A DNA stretch of 64,000 nucleotides from contig OZ241892.1 of assembly GCA_965203485.1 (NCBI GenBank), forward strand, positions 2,560,001-2,624,000. The letters are read 5' to 3'. The DNA comes from Longimicrobiales bacterium (lineage in GTDB: Bacteria; Gemmatimonadota; Gemmatimonadetes; Longimicrobiales; Gaopeijiaceae). The notes beneath the pieces are model-generated. The model searched no databases. It saw only the letters and a program-made list of their open reading frames with translations, and was not told where the DNA came from. Of the stretch, positions 1 to 10,000 are shown one piece after another. Made by a program: the position numbers and the translations under genes. Positions within the stretch are counted from its first letter, which is position 1, and every line of letters begins with the position of its first letter.

Positions 1-310
1 CCGCGAGGCCGACGCCGACCGCAGTGGTTTCCGCGAACCTCGCCAAGTAGAACGTCACCGGACTGACGGCGCGCTGCATCCAGAAGACCGCATGTCCCCG
101 GCGGAAGTCCGCGCACACGTCGGCAAGCAAGACCGCAAGAACAACCGTGCCAACGGGCGCCAAGACCGTGAAGAGGTCCTCCACGCGCCCCCCGTACCAG
201 TACAGGCCAGCCAGCGCGCCCATGGAGGCGAAGAGCGTCCACAGCGCCCGGCGGTGCGGCGACAACGCCAACGCGATCCGGGCCGCGAGAGGGGTCAGTC
301 GGCGGCTCAA
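1..310 (-). CDS. ABC transporter permease-like membrane protein (5' part; runs off the window)
   Basis: Hand translation from TTG at 310 gives LSRRLTPLAARIALAL...LWTLFASMGALAGLYWYG...LAPVGTVVLAVLLADVCADFRRGHAVFWMQRAVSPVTFYLARF: hydrophobic helices plus an ABC-2-like loop. TTGA overlap with the ATPase stop. Confidence 0.7.
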   Translation of the reverse strand, partial: MSRRLTPLAARIALALSPHRRALWTLFASMGALAGLYWYGGRVEDLFTVLAPVGTVVLAVLLADVCADFRRGHAVFWMQRAVSPVTFYLARFAETTAVGVGLA

Positions 311-1041
311 ATCCTGCGCTCCAATTCGGCTTCCAAGTCTCGCCAGTCGGCAGACCCTTCGGGATCGAGCGCGTCCAGCCGTTCCGCGACTCCGCCCGCC
401 AGCACGAAGACGCAGTCGGCCAGCCGCGCCACCTCGGCTACGCGGTGGCTGGCGAACAGCACCGTTGCGCCCCGGTCTCGCGCGGCCCGCATTTCCTGCC
501 GCACGGCCTTGCAGGCCGGAAGGTCCAGGCCGGCGAAGGGCTCGTCCAGCACCAACAGCTTCGGATCGCCGACCAGCGCGCACACGAAGGCAATGCGCCG
601 CCGCGTGCCCATCGAGCACTTGCTTTCGCGCTTCGCCAGAGAGGCTCCGTCCAGGCCCGTCCGGATCACGGCGCGTCGGAATTCCGCTTCTCGTTCCTCC
701 GGAGCGACCGCCAAGTCCACGTTGCGCTCCAGCAAGTCGCGTCCCGTCCATCCCCGCGGCAAGGAAGCCGTTTCCGGCAGATACCCGACCCCGCGCGCGC
801 GACGGTAGGCGCCCGGGGACAAGCCGCCCACGACGCATCCGCCCGCGTCGGGGCGCAGGAACCCCAGCACGGACAGGAACAGCGTGGTCTTGCCGACCCC
901 GTTGCGGCCCACGACGGCCGTGATCTCGCCCGGCTTCGCCGTCATGCCGACGCCCCGCAACACGGCGGCGCGGCGAAGGAAGACGCGGTAGGAGACGACG
1001 AGCCCGTCCGCCCGCACGACGGGCGCGACGCCGGAGGACAT
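307..1041 (-). CDS. ABC transporter ATP-binding protein
   Basis: Walker A GRNGVGKT, signature-like CSMGT, Walker B LVLDEP, H-loop ASH. ATG at 1041 preferred over the 1131 ORF start. Confidence 0.93.
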   Translation of the reverse strand: MSSGVAPVVRADGLVVSYRVFLRRAAVLRGVGMTAKPGEITAVVGRNGVGKTTLFLSVLGFLRPDAGGCVVGGLSPGAYRRARGVGYLPETASLPRGWTGRDLLERNVDLAVAPEEREAEFRRAVIRTGLDGASLAKRESKCSMGTRRRIAFVCALVGDPKLLVLDEPFAGLDLPACKAVRQEMRAARDRGATVLFASHRVAEVARLADCVFVLAGGVAERLDALDPEGSADWRDLEAELERRI

Positions 1042-1046
1042 GACGG

Positions 1047-2165
1047 TCAGCGCAGAGGGTACAAGGCGATTCGAACCCCCTCTACCTCGTCCCAGGCGGC
1101 CAGGGCCGTGCCGTCGGCAACGAAGAGCCATGGAGCCGCGGGCACGCCGGGGAAGGTTTCAGCTCCGACTTCTCCGCCTCGCGCCGCCAAGTGCGACCCC
1201 TCCTCCCGGAGGACCCGGTACAAGAGCCGTTCGTCGTCCCAAAACACGCGATCGAACGGCGGAAAGCTGTCGGGCACGCGGAACTTCACGGGCGAGCCGC
1301 GACGCTCGAGGGCCGCCTCCAGCTCTCGCTTCTTGCCGGCCGGCAACGGCGTCCGCACGAGCCACTCGTGACAAGCGCGGTCCAGTTGCGCGCCGTCCAG
1401 GTCGTGGATGCCCAAGCAGTCGTCCTGCGCGTCGCCGAAGACGAAGCCGCGAGGGTGGTCGCTCAGCACGTAGGTCGCGCCGAAGTCCAAGATCGGTCGG
1501 GTTCCCGCATCCGGACTTCGACGAACCACCAGCCGCGAGGGTCCGTCGCCCACCGCCACGACCTGATGCTCGACAGACCGCCCGGAGACGCACTCGACAA
1601 GGAGCAGGAACGTCGTCTCCCCAGCCGCTACGTCCACGGGCCGGGCCACTTGGCAACCGGGGGCTTCGATCGGCCTGTAGTCTCGGTAGTGGCCGTCCAG
1701 TCCATATAGGTGTATCCTCCCCCGCCCTGCGTCAGCCACCGCCACGGCGCCGCGGCCGACCGCAATCGCCACGGGACGGAGCAGCTCGCCCGGCCCCCCC
1801 TCTCCTGCGGGTCCGAAGTTGCCCAGCCACGCCCCCCCGGCGTCCAGCGTGTGCACCGCCGGCATTGCTTGGTCCAGCACGTACCAGACGCCGTTGCCGA
1901 CCGCGACATCTCGGACGGATGCAATCTCGGCGTAGAGCTTGGCATGTTCTGGCGCCGCCGCAATGGAAGAGCCCCCGGGGGAAGCTGTAGCGTCAGAGAC
2001 ACCGGAGTCGGGTGGCGCCAAGCGTCCACTTCGGTGGGACGCGATCGTCACCGCGCTCCACGCCGCGACAGCAATCGTGGCGGCGAAAGCAAGCCAAAAA
2101 AAGACCGCCCGGCCTACTCGCCGATTCGACGCCGGGCCGACTTGGCTCGGCGGATCGCATCCCAC
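1047..2165 (-). CDS. Membrane-anchored 6-bladed beta-propeller (NHL/TolB-like) protein
   Basis: N-terminal hydrophobic anchor; NHL-type blades (VRDVAV..WYVLD..VHTLD..GNFGPAGEGGPGEL.RPVAIAV..AVAD..GRIHLY). Confidence 0.75.
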   Translation of the reverse strand: MGCDPPSQVGPASNRRVGRAVFFWLAFAATIAVAAWSAVTIASHRSGRLAPPDSGVSDATASPGGSSIAAAPEHAKLYAEIASVRDVAVGNGVWYVLDQAMPAVHTLDAGGAWLGNFGPAGEGGPGELLRPVAIAVGRGAVAVADAGRGRIHLYGLDGHYRDYRPIEAPGCQVARPVDVAAGETTFLLLVECVSGRSVEHQVVAVGDGPSRLVVRRSPDAGTRPILDFGATYVLSDHPRGFVFGDAQDDCLGIHDLDGAQLDRACHEWLVRTPLPAGKKRELEAALERRGSPVKFRVPDSFPPFDRVFWDDERLLYRVLREEGSHLAARGGEVGAETFPGVPAAPWLFVADGTALAAWDEVEGVRIALYPLR

Positions 2166-2167
2166 GG

Positions 2168-2527
2168 TTAGCTGGGCAGGAGATCAAAGAAATATTGGGC
2201 CGCGCAAGCCATGGCGTCAACGGCGGCAAACGTTCTGCACGCCTGGCGATCAAGCCAATTCCAGAAGCCAGAGCCAGAATTGGCGGCCAAGCATTGATTC
2301 AGCGCGTCGCCAACGTTGTCCAAACACATCATGTACTCCTCGGAATTCGTGCACTCTCGCGGAGCTCCGTTCGAGTCTGTACAATCCTGCGCCCGGGCCT
2401 CGAAGAGCGTCGGTTTGGCCGCCTCCGGGGAGCCAGCCAAGCTTGTGACAACAGGCGCGACCATAAGGGCCACGCTTGCCGAGAAGATGCTCGCAACGGC
2501 AATCAGTACGATTCGGCCGTTCTTCAT
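2168..2527 (-). CDS. Small secreted cysteine-rich protein (119 aa, 6 Cys)
   Basis: Signal-peptide-like N-terminus; spacing C-x9-C-x8-C-x10-C-x17-C-x10-C; AAGGA upstream; lower GC than the flanks by eye. Confidence 0.75.
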   Translation of the reverse strand: MKNGRIVLIAVASIFSASVALMVAPVVTSLAGSPEAAKPTLFEARAQDCTDSNGAPRECTNSEEYMMCLDNVGDALNQCLAANSGSGFWNWLDRQACRTFAAVDAMACAAQYFFDLLPS

Positions 2528-2953
2528 TGGTTGCTATCCTTGATTGACGGTGCTTGGGCGTGGGAACGGCGTTGAACCCGAATCTTAACGCGATGCCTCG
2601 CGTCAGTCTCTCGCGCGTGGCGCTCGATCCGCTCTGCGATCAGGCGACGGGCGATTCGCGGATCGGACTTGAGCAGTGGGCCACGAATGGCCGCAAGTCC
2701 AGCTCCGGGCAAGGTTGCCAGCTCGCCGGGGACCATACGCGCGTACCAGGCGGAGGCACCAGGGGCGAAGCCCGGAGCCCCGCCCCTACCGCCCGCGTCC
2801 ACCTTGACCCAGACTTAAGGACGGTTCCAGCCGTCAAGCGATCGGGGCTGCTCGGCCGGTGCCGCCACCGCTCCGCCGCGTCCGTCCACCCCGCGCGGGC
2901 GCGGGACCCGCCCGGCCGCGCGCCCAATCCGCAAACCGCGAAACGGACTATCC

Positions 2954-3808
2954 GTGTACCCGATCCTGTTCAGGCTTCCCGAATGGCTGCCGCTGGCCGG
3001 CGGCGCGCCGATCACGTCGTTCGGCGCCATGATGCTCATGTCCTTCGTCACGGCCGGCTGGGTGCTGCGCGCGGAGATGCGGCGGGGCGGCTTGAACGGA
3101 GACTGGGCCTGGGACCTCGTCTTCATGGCGGTCGTCGGGGGCGTCGTCGGGGCCAAGGCGTACTACGCGCTGCTCAACTTTCCCCAGCTTGCCGCCGACC
3201 CGTTCGGCACGATCTTCTCGCGCGGCGGCATGGTCTGGTACGGCGGCTTCCTGCTCGCCACCGTGCTCGTGGTGCGCAGAATCCGGCGGCTGCGCCTGCC
3301 GCTCGGCAAGGCGGCCGACGCCGCGGCGCCCGCGCTGGCGATCTCGTACGCCGTGGGCCGCGTGGGCTGCTTCCTGGTGGGCGACGACTACGGCCGGCCG
3401 ACCGACTCGTGGGTGGGCCTCGCCTTCCCGGAAGGCTCGCCGCCCACCCGGGCGAGCGTCCTGGAAAGCCAGTTCGGCATATCCGTGGACCCGGCGCTCG
3501 TCGAGAAGTACGGAGAGGTCGTGCCGGTTCATCCCACCCAGCTGTACGAGATCGGCCTCTCCACGCTGATCTTCGCGGCGCTCTGGAAGCTTCGCCGCCA
3601 CCGGCACGCCAGCGGCTGGCTGTTCACGACGTGGCTCGCCCTTGCCGGGGCCGAGCGCTTCGCGGTGGAGTTCTTTCGCGCCAAGGACGACCGCTTCTTC
3701 GGCGTCCTCACGCTGGCGCAGATCATCTCGCTTGCGCTGGTGGGCGTGGGCGCCGTCTGGGCCGCGACGTTGAGAAGAAGAGCGGGAGACGGCGCCGCGG
3801 CGGCGTGA
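2954..3808 (+). CDS. lgt: Prolipoprotein diacylglyceryl transferase
   Basis: GGMVWYGG, GRVGCFLVGDDYG, HPTQLYE and RFAVEFFR motifs. Confidence 0.93.
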   Translation: MYPILFRLPEWLPLAGGAPITSFGAMMLMSFVTAGWVLRAEMRRGGLNGDWAWDLVFMAVVGGVVGAKAYYALLNFPQLAADPFGTIFSRGGMVWYGGFLLATVLVVRRIRRLRLPLGKAADAAAPALAISYAVGRVGCFLVGDDYGRPTDSWVGLAFPEGSPPTRASVLESQFGISVDPALVEKYGEVVPVHPTQLYEIGLSTLIFAALWKLRRHRHASGWLFTTWLALAGAERFAVEFFRAKDDRFFGVLTLAQIISLALVGVGAVWAATLRRRAGDGAAAA

Positions 3809-4656
3809 TCGTCCTTCATCTCTCGGACGTCCACTTCGGCAAGCCTCACCGTCCCGCCGCCGCTTCCGCCGCGGTCCGCCTGGCCCGGCAGGAAAGGCCC
3901 GCCGCGGTCGTCGTCTCGGGCGACCTCACGCAACGCGCCAAGGCCGCCGAGTTCCGGGCCGCGAGCGGCTTCCTGGCGAGCTTCGCGCCGGCCCCCGTCG
4001 TGCTCGTGCCCGGCAACCACGACGTGCCGCTCTACCGGTTCTGGGAGCGGCTCCTCGCGCCGTGGGCCAGGTACCGTGCCGTGTCCGCCGTGCCGGACCC
4101 GCCGCGGCCTCCAGCTCCGGCCCGGGCGCGAGCGCCGCTCGACGCCGTGCTCGACGTCAAGGCGCCGGACGGCTCGCCCGGCGCGCGCTTCGTCGCGCTC
4201 AACTCGGCGGCTCCCCGCACCGCGATCGTCAACGGCCGCCTGACCCGTGCCCAGCTGCGCCTTGCCGACCAAGCGTTCGCCGAGGCTCCCAGCGGCGCCT
4301 GCCGCGTGCTCGTCGTCCACCACAACCTCCTCCGCGCCCAGCCCGCCGGCCCGCCGCCGATGCGGGGCGCGAGCCGCGTCTTGAGCCGTCTGCCCAAGTG
4401 GCGGGCCGATCTCGTGCTCTCCGGCCACGTTCACCGGACTTGGCTCGCAACCAGCGGTCACCAACCGGGCATCCCCCTCGTCCACGCCGGCACCGCGTCG
4501 TCGAGCCGGGGGCGCGATCCCGAAGCGCGAAGGAACTCGCTGAACTTGGTTCGCCTCCTCCGGTCCAGCATCGATGTCAAACCTTATCTTTTCTCCGAAG
4601 AAGACGGACGGTTCCTGCCGGCCGCGACCCGCCGCAGCTGGGGGCGTTCGGACTAG
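3805..4656 (+). CDS. Calcineurin-like metallophosphoesterase
   Basis: HLSDVHFG, SGDLT, PGNHD, VHH, LSGHVH motifs; GTGA overlap with lgt. Confidence 0.9.
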   Translation: MIVLHLSDVHFGKPHRPAAASAAVRLARQERPAAVVVSGDLTQRAKAAEFRAASGFLASFAPAPVVLVPGNHDVPLYRFWERLLAPWARYRAVSAVPDPPRPPAPARARAPLDAVLDVKAPDGSPGARFVALNSAAPRTAIVNGRLTRAQLRLADQAFAEAPSGACRVLVVHHNLLRAQPAGPPPMRGASRVLSRLPKWRADLVLSGHVHRTWLATSGHQPGIPLVHAGTASSSRGRDPEARRNSLNLVRLLRSSIDVKPYLFSEEDGRFLPAATRRSWGRSD

Positions 4657-4755
4657 GCAAGGCGGACCGGCACGGCCGGGCAACGGGGCGTGCTGACGGT
4701 TGCCCGTGGGCCGGCTCCGTCCCTCACGGCCGTCCGGACGACAGGAGGGTTCGTG

Positions 4756-7074
4756 GTGACCCATGCGCACGAGGAGAAGCGGAACGGCATGCGCGCGCCT
4801 CCGTGCCGCCTGCCGCGTTCGGCTTTCCGCGCAACCCGCCGGCTCGCCCCTTGGACCGCGGCAACGGCGGCGCTGGCGGCGGCGGCGCCCTCGGCCGCCC
4901 AATCCGGCCGCGAGGAGGTGAAGTCGGTCGCGTTCATCGGCAACGCGGCCTTCTCGGACGCCGAACTCGGGCGCGCCGTCTTCACGACCGCCTCCAAGTG
5001 TCCCCTGGTCCTCGCCGTCACCACGTGCGCCCTGGGACTGGACTGGGGCCGCGAGCGCTCCTACTACAGTCCCCGCGTCGTCGAGGACGACGTCGAGCGC
5101 CTCAAGCTGCTGTACCGGGGGCATGGATTTCGCGGCGTGGACGTGACGGCGGACGCCCGCCCGGACGAGGACGGCGCCGTGGCCGTCGCGTTTCGCGTGC
5201 GTGAAGGCGAGCCCTTCAGAATCGGCTCCATCAACTTCGCGGGCGATCCGGCTCCGCCCGAGCTCGGCATCGAATCCGGCTTGTCGGTGCGCCCGGGCGA
5301 TCCCCTCAGCTTCCTCCTGCTCAACCAGACCACCGACACGCTCACCCGCCGTCTCCGCAACTCGGGCTACGCGAGGGCCGTCGTGCTCCGGCGCTACCTC
5401 CTTCCCGCCGCCAGCGACACGGCGACCGTCACCTACGACGTCGAACTCGGCCCGCTCTCGACCTTTGGTCCCGTGGACGTGTCCGGCAACCGCCTCCTCG
5501 GCGACGACGTCATCCTGGACCGCCTGCCGTTTCGGGAAGGCCAGCTCTTCCAGGAGGAGCTGATCCAAGAGGGGCTTCGCAACCTGCACGAACTCGACAT
5601 CGTCTCGCGCGCCCGCATCGACCTGGACTCCGCTCGCCTGGCATCGGACTCGGTCGTGCCGATGCGCGTGTTCGTGGAGGAAGGCGACTTGCGCCGGGTG
5701 CGCGCAGGCGCGGGCTTCAACAACGCGGAGTGCTTCAACGTGGAGGGACGGTGGGCCAGCCGCAGCTTCCTGGGCGGCGGGCGGCGGTTGCAGACGCAGG
5801 CCCTGGTGTCCAACCTGCTCGCCGGGCCGCTCCGGGGCGCCAGGCTGTGCTCCGAGGCGGGCACGGGGCGATACGGCCGCGCGAACTGGCTCGTCAGGGC
5901 CGACTTCAGCCAGCCGTCCTTTCTTTCGCGGCGCACGAACCTGGTTGCCGGATTCTTCGCCGAGCGCCGCTCCCGAAAGAACCTCTTCGTCCGCGACGCG
6001 GTCGGCATGGACCTGGGCGTCACGCGCCCCGTGGGCGCCAATGCGTCGCTGGGCGTCCGGTTGCGCCCCGAAGTCAACCGGCTGGACGCCGCCGAGGCGA
6101 TTCTTTGCGCGGCGTTTCTCGCATGTCGCCCAGCCGACGTCCACGCGTTGTCGAGCCGGAACCTGCTGTCGCCGGCGGCCTTGTCGTTCAACCAGGACGC
6201 GACCGACGACCTGCTCAGCCCCCGCAACGGGTTCAGGGCGGCCGTGGAGCTCGAAGTCGCCGGCCGGGCCACGGGATCGGACTACGCCTACGTGCGCGCG
6301 TTCGCGGACGGGAGCATCTACAACGAGATCGACAGCCGCACGGTTCTGGCGCTGAGGCTCCGCGCGGGGCGCATTCGGTCCGGCGGCTTTCGGGGAGCGC
6401 TGTCCGCCGACGGCGTCCGATCCGAGATCGTGCCTTCGCAGAAGCGCTTCTACGGGGGCGGGGCCACGAGCGTCCGTGGGTTCGCGCAGAGCACGCTTGG
6501 ACCGCGGAGCCTGTCGGTGAGCGTCGAGGATCTGCTGCGGCGGCGCGACGGGGAGCCGACGTGCGCTCCGGCCGCTGTGCGCCAACTCACGTGCGACGGG
6601 TCTGCGCTGGCCGGCGCCGAAGTCTATCGCGTGCAGCCGGTCGGCGGCTTGGCCATCCTCGAGGCCAGCGCGGAGCTGCGCTTCGGCTCCAGCGGCCCGT
6701 TGAGCGGCGCGGCCTTCTTGGATCTCGGACAGGTGTGGCCCCGCCGGATGACGCTGGCGCAACTCGAGTTCACGCCCGGCCTGGGACTGCGGTACAACAC
6801 CCTGTTCGGGCCCGTGCGTCTGGACCTGGCCTACTCGTTCCGGGGCAAGGAGCCGCTCCAGGTGGTAACGTCGCAGATCCGTCCCTACGACCCCAGCGTC
6901 GACAGGGCGGACGACCGGATCAACATCGCCGAGTCGGCCCGGCCCGCCGAGTACATCGACTGGGTGGTCTCGCAGGACTTGGCCGTGCTGGGGCCGCGCG
7001 TCCCCTTCGGCGACGATCCCCGCTTCTCGCTACGCCGCTTTCGGGTGCACTTCTCCATCGGACAGGCGTTCTGA
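4756..7074 (+). CDS. tamA: Omp85 family outer-membrane protein (TamA-like)
   Basis: POTRA-like repeats, RFYGGGATSVRGF motif, GLRYNTLFGPVRLD, C-terminal HFSIGQAF; adjacent to tamB. Start uncertain (AGGAGG precedes GTG 4756). Confidence 0.85.
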   Translation: MTHAHEEKRNGMRAPPCRLPRSAFRATRRLAPWTAATAALAAAAPSAAQSGREEVKSVAFIGNAAFSDAELGRAVFTTASKCPLVLAVTTCALGLDWGRERSYYSPRVVEDDVERLKLLYRGHGFRGVDVTADARPDEDGAVAVAFRVREGEPFRIGSINFAGDPAPPELGIESGLSVRPGDPLSFLLLNQTTDTLTRRLRNSGYARAVVLRRYLLPAASDTATVTYDVELGPLSTFGPVDVSGNRLLGDDVILDRLPFREGQLFQEELIQEGLRNLHELDIVSRARIDLDSARLASDSVVPMRVFVEEGDLRRVRAGAGFNNAECFNVEGRWASRSFLGGGRRLQTQALVSNLLAGPLRGARLCSEAGTGRYGRANWLVRADFSQPSFLSRRTNLVAGFFAERRSRKNLFVRDAVGMDLGVTRPVGANASLGVRLRPEVNRLDAAEAILCAAFLACRPADVHALSSRNLLSPAALSFNQDATDDLLSPRNGFRAAVELEVAGRATGSDYAYVRAFADGSIYNEIDSRTVLALRLRAGRIRSGGFRGALSADGVRSEIVPSQKRFYGGGATSVRGFAQSTLGPRSLSVSVEDLLRRRDGEPTCAPAAVRQLTCDGSALAGAEVYRVQPVGGLAILEASAELRFGSSGPLSGAAFLDLGQVWPRRMTLAQLEFTPGLGLRYNTLFGPVRLDLAYSFRGKEPLQVVTSQIRPYDPSVDRADDRINIAESARPAEYIDWVVSQDLAVLGPRVPFGDDPRFSLRRFRVHFSIGQAF

Positions 7075-7076
7075 CG

Positions 7077-10000
7077 ATGGGCCGCCCTCCGGTTGGACCG
7101 TTCCGCCGCGGGCTGCAGTGGCGCCCGCCGCGGTCATGGCGCCCCCGGCGCCGGGCACCCGGCGGGCTCTCGTCCAGCCGGGGCCCGCGGTGGCTGCGGC
7201 GATTCCTGGTCTGGGGCATCTCGGGCTTCGCCGTCGCAGCGGCCGTGGGCGTTGTCGCGGCCGTCGTGGTCAGCCGGACGGCCGCCGGCCGCGAGGCCGC
7301 CCTGGACTGGGCGCTCTCCACGCTGCGGCCATCCGTCAACGGCTCCGTCGCGTTCGAGTCGGTCGGCCCCGGCGGCCTGCTCGGCGGCGCCACGCTGCGG
7401 GGCGTGCGCGTGGAGGACCACCTCGGCCGGGCCGTCCTCACGGCGGACTCCGTGCGCGCGCGCTACTCGCTCTTCGACTTGCTGGGCGGCGGCCGCGCCA
7501 TCGCCGATCTGCGCCTGTGGTCGCCCGTGGCGACGATCCGGCCCGGCGTCGAGCGCCTCCTGGCCCGCAACGCGGACAGCACCGGGCCACACCCGCCCGG
7601 CTCCGCAGACAGTCGGCCCGACGAGGCCCCCCGCCCGCTCCTGCGCATCCGCGGCGTTCGCCTGCACGACGGCGCCGTGATCCTGGAGGGCCCAGAACGG
7701 CCGCCGCGCCGCATCGACGGCATCGAGGGCGACCTCGCTCGCGTGGACGTGTCGCCGGGAGAGGGGGTGCACTTGGCGGCCGAAGTCGCGGACGCCGCGC
7801 TTTCCTATCCGGCGCGCTCCGGCCGCATCGGCTTGGCGGCATTCCGGGGGTCCGCGACGATCGGGCGCGACGGCGTGAGCGTGGTCGCGAACGCCTTCCG
7901 GCTGGCGGGCTCGGAAGGCAGCGGGCGCGCGTTCGCCGAACGGGCGGGGGCCGGCTGGCGCTTCGACGTCGAGGCGAGCCTCTCGGAGCTGGCGCTTGCC
8001 GACCTGGCCTGGATCGACCCGCGCCTGGACCACGGAAGCGCGGCCGGCGACGTGCGCGTTGTCTGGGAGCCGGGCAGGCTGGCCGTCTCGACGCCCGGCT
8101 CCGTCGAGGTGGACCTCGGCGGCGGCGGCCGTCTGCGCCTCGGCGGCGAAGTGGTCCGGGACTCCTCCACGCGCTTTCGCGGCCTGCGCGTGGAAGCCCA
8201 AGCGCTGGCGTCCGCCGAAGTCGAACGGTGGACGGCGGCTCCCCTTCCCGTGGCGGGCGCCTTCTCCGGCGACATGCGCGTCGACGGCTCGCCCGCGCGC
8301 TTGGCGCTGGCCGGCACGGCCGCCCTCGCCGACCCTGCGGCCGGCGAGACGCTGGCGTCGGCGGCGGGAGCCGCCACCGTGCTGGGCCGCTTTGCCTTCG
8401 AGGACGCGGACGTTGAGCTGGACCCGTTCGACTACGGCCTGCTCCGTGCGGTCGCGCCGGGGGTGCGCTGGAGCGGGCGCGGGTCGGTCCACGTGCGCGC
8501 CGACGGCGACCTCCGCGAGGGCGTCGCGGTCGAGGTCTCTGCCGAGCACCGGTCGGCCTCGGCAGGCGACTCCAGCGTCGCAGTCGTCTCGGGCACGCTC
8601 TTCGGCGACACCGCCGTCGCCGTTCTGGACCTGGACGCCACGCTCGCCCCGCTCTCGCTGGCCGCGTTGCGGGACGCCCTGCCCGCCTGCCGGCCCTCCG
8701 GCGGCGATCCGCCAGCGCCGCTCGACGCCCCCGCTTCGACCGACGGCGACGATGCCGGCGCCGCCGCGCACGCTCCCCGCGCCGTTGCCGTCTCGGCCGC
8801 CACCCCCGCCGCGGACACCCCCGCCGCGGACATTTCGGAGGCGCCGGCCCAGGCTCCTGCCGAGGCTCCCGTCCGCTGCCGCCCCCGCTTCGACCTGGCC
8901 GGCGCGGTGCGCGGGTCGGTGTCGCTCGCGGGCCCGCTGGACCGTCTCGCCGTGTCGGTCTCCCTCGACACGCCCGGCGGCCCCGTCTCCGGCGAGGGCT
9001 CGGCCAATGCCCTCGACCTGTCCGACGGCTACGAGTTCGCGGCGTCCTTCGACGCCTTCCGGCTCTCGGACGTCGTGCCGTCGCTGCCCCAGCCCACAGT
9101 GGCGACCGGCTCGGTCCGCCTGTCCGGCCACGGTCTCGACCGCAACAGTCTTCGGGGCTCCGCGTCGGCCAGCGTGCGCTCCTCCACCGTCGGGCCGCTC
9201 GCGCTCGACTCCGCGGAAGCGTCCGCGTGGGTCGAGGACGGCGTCCTGCACATGCAGTCCCTCCTCGCCGCAACCGAGGGCCTGACGTTGGCGGGCCACG
9301 GCAGCTTGGGCCTGCGGGCGGACGCGCAGGGCGAAGGCTTGGCGTTGTCGCTGCGGTCGCCGTCGGTCCGCCCGCTGCGCTCCATCCTGATGGGACCGAA
9401 CTTGGTGGCGCGAGACGAGCTGACCGCGCTCGAACGCAGCATCCACGAGATGGACGGGGCCGATCCGGACACCTTCCCCACTGCCCGCGAAATTCGGTTG
9501 GACGGGGCGCTGGAAGGACGCGTCGATCTGCAGGGAGGACTGGAAGATCTCTCCATGCAGGTGTCTGCGTCCTTCGACGGGCCGGCGTACCGCTGGCATT
9601 CCGCGGCGGCCGCGTCCGTGGAGGCCGCCGTCAGCGGCATTCGGCTGCTCGGCCCGGACTCGGCGGCGGCGGGCCGCGACGACAGGGCCCAGGGCTCCGC
9701 CAACGCGGCGGCGGGCCCCGCGCGAACTGACGAGCAAGCCGCGCTCGCTGGCGGGCACGCGCCCGGTGGAACAAGCCGCTTCGCCGGAGTCGTCGTCGAG
9801 GGCACGTTCTCGGCGGACTCGCTCGTGCTGGGCGGCCGCGCCTTCGAATCCGCTCGCGTCGAGGGGAGCTACGAGTTCGCCGGGCGAGCGCAAGCCCGAA
9901 TCCGCGTTGCTCGCACCGAAGACGAGCGCTACGAGGCGGAGGGGGCGGCGAGTCTCGACGGCCCGCAGCGCAGCGTGACGCTCGACCGCCTGGAACTCGC

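Noticed and set aside
1068..1077. GGTTCGAATC (tRNA T-loop-like) on the minus strand
   Set aside because: Lies inside the propeller CDS (GVRIAL) and no cloverleaf can be folded around it.
5730..7076. Apparent N-terminal extension making TamB 2064 aa; likewise the extended ORF starts for uvrA, tkt, the GH3 fusion and the TonB receptor
   Set aside because: These overlap upstream genes in another frame; the real starts sit at the stop/start junctions.
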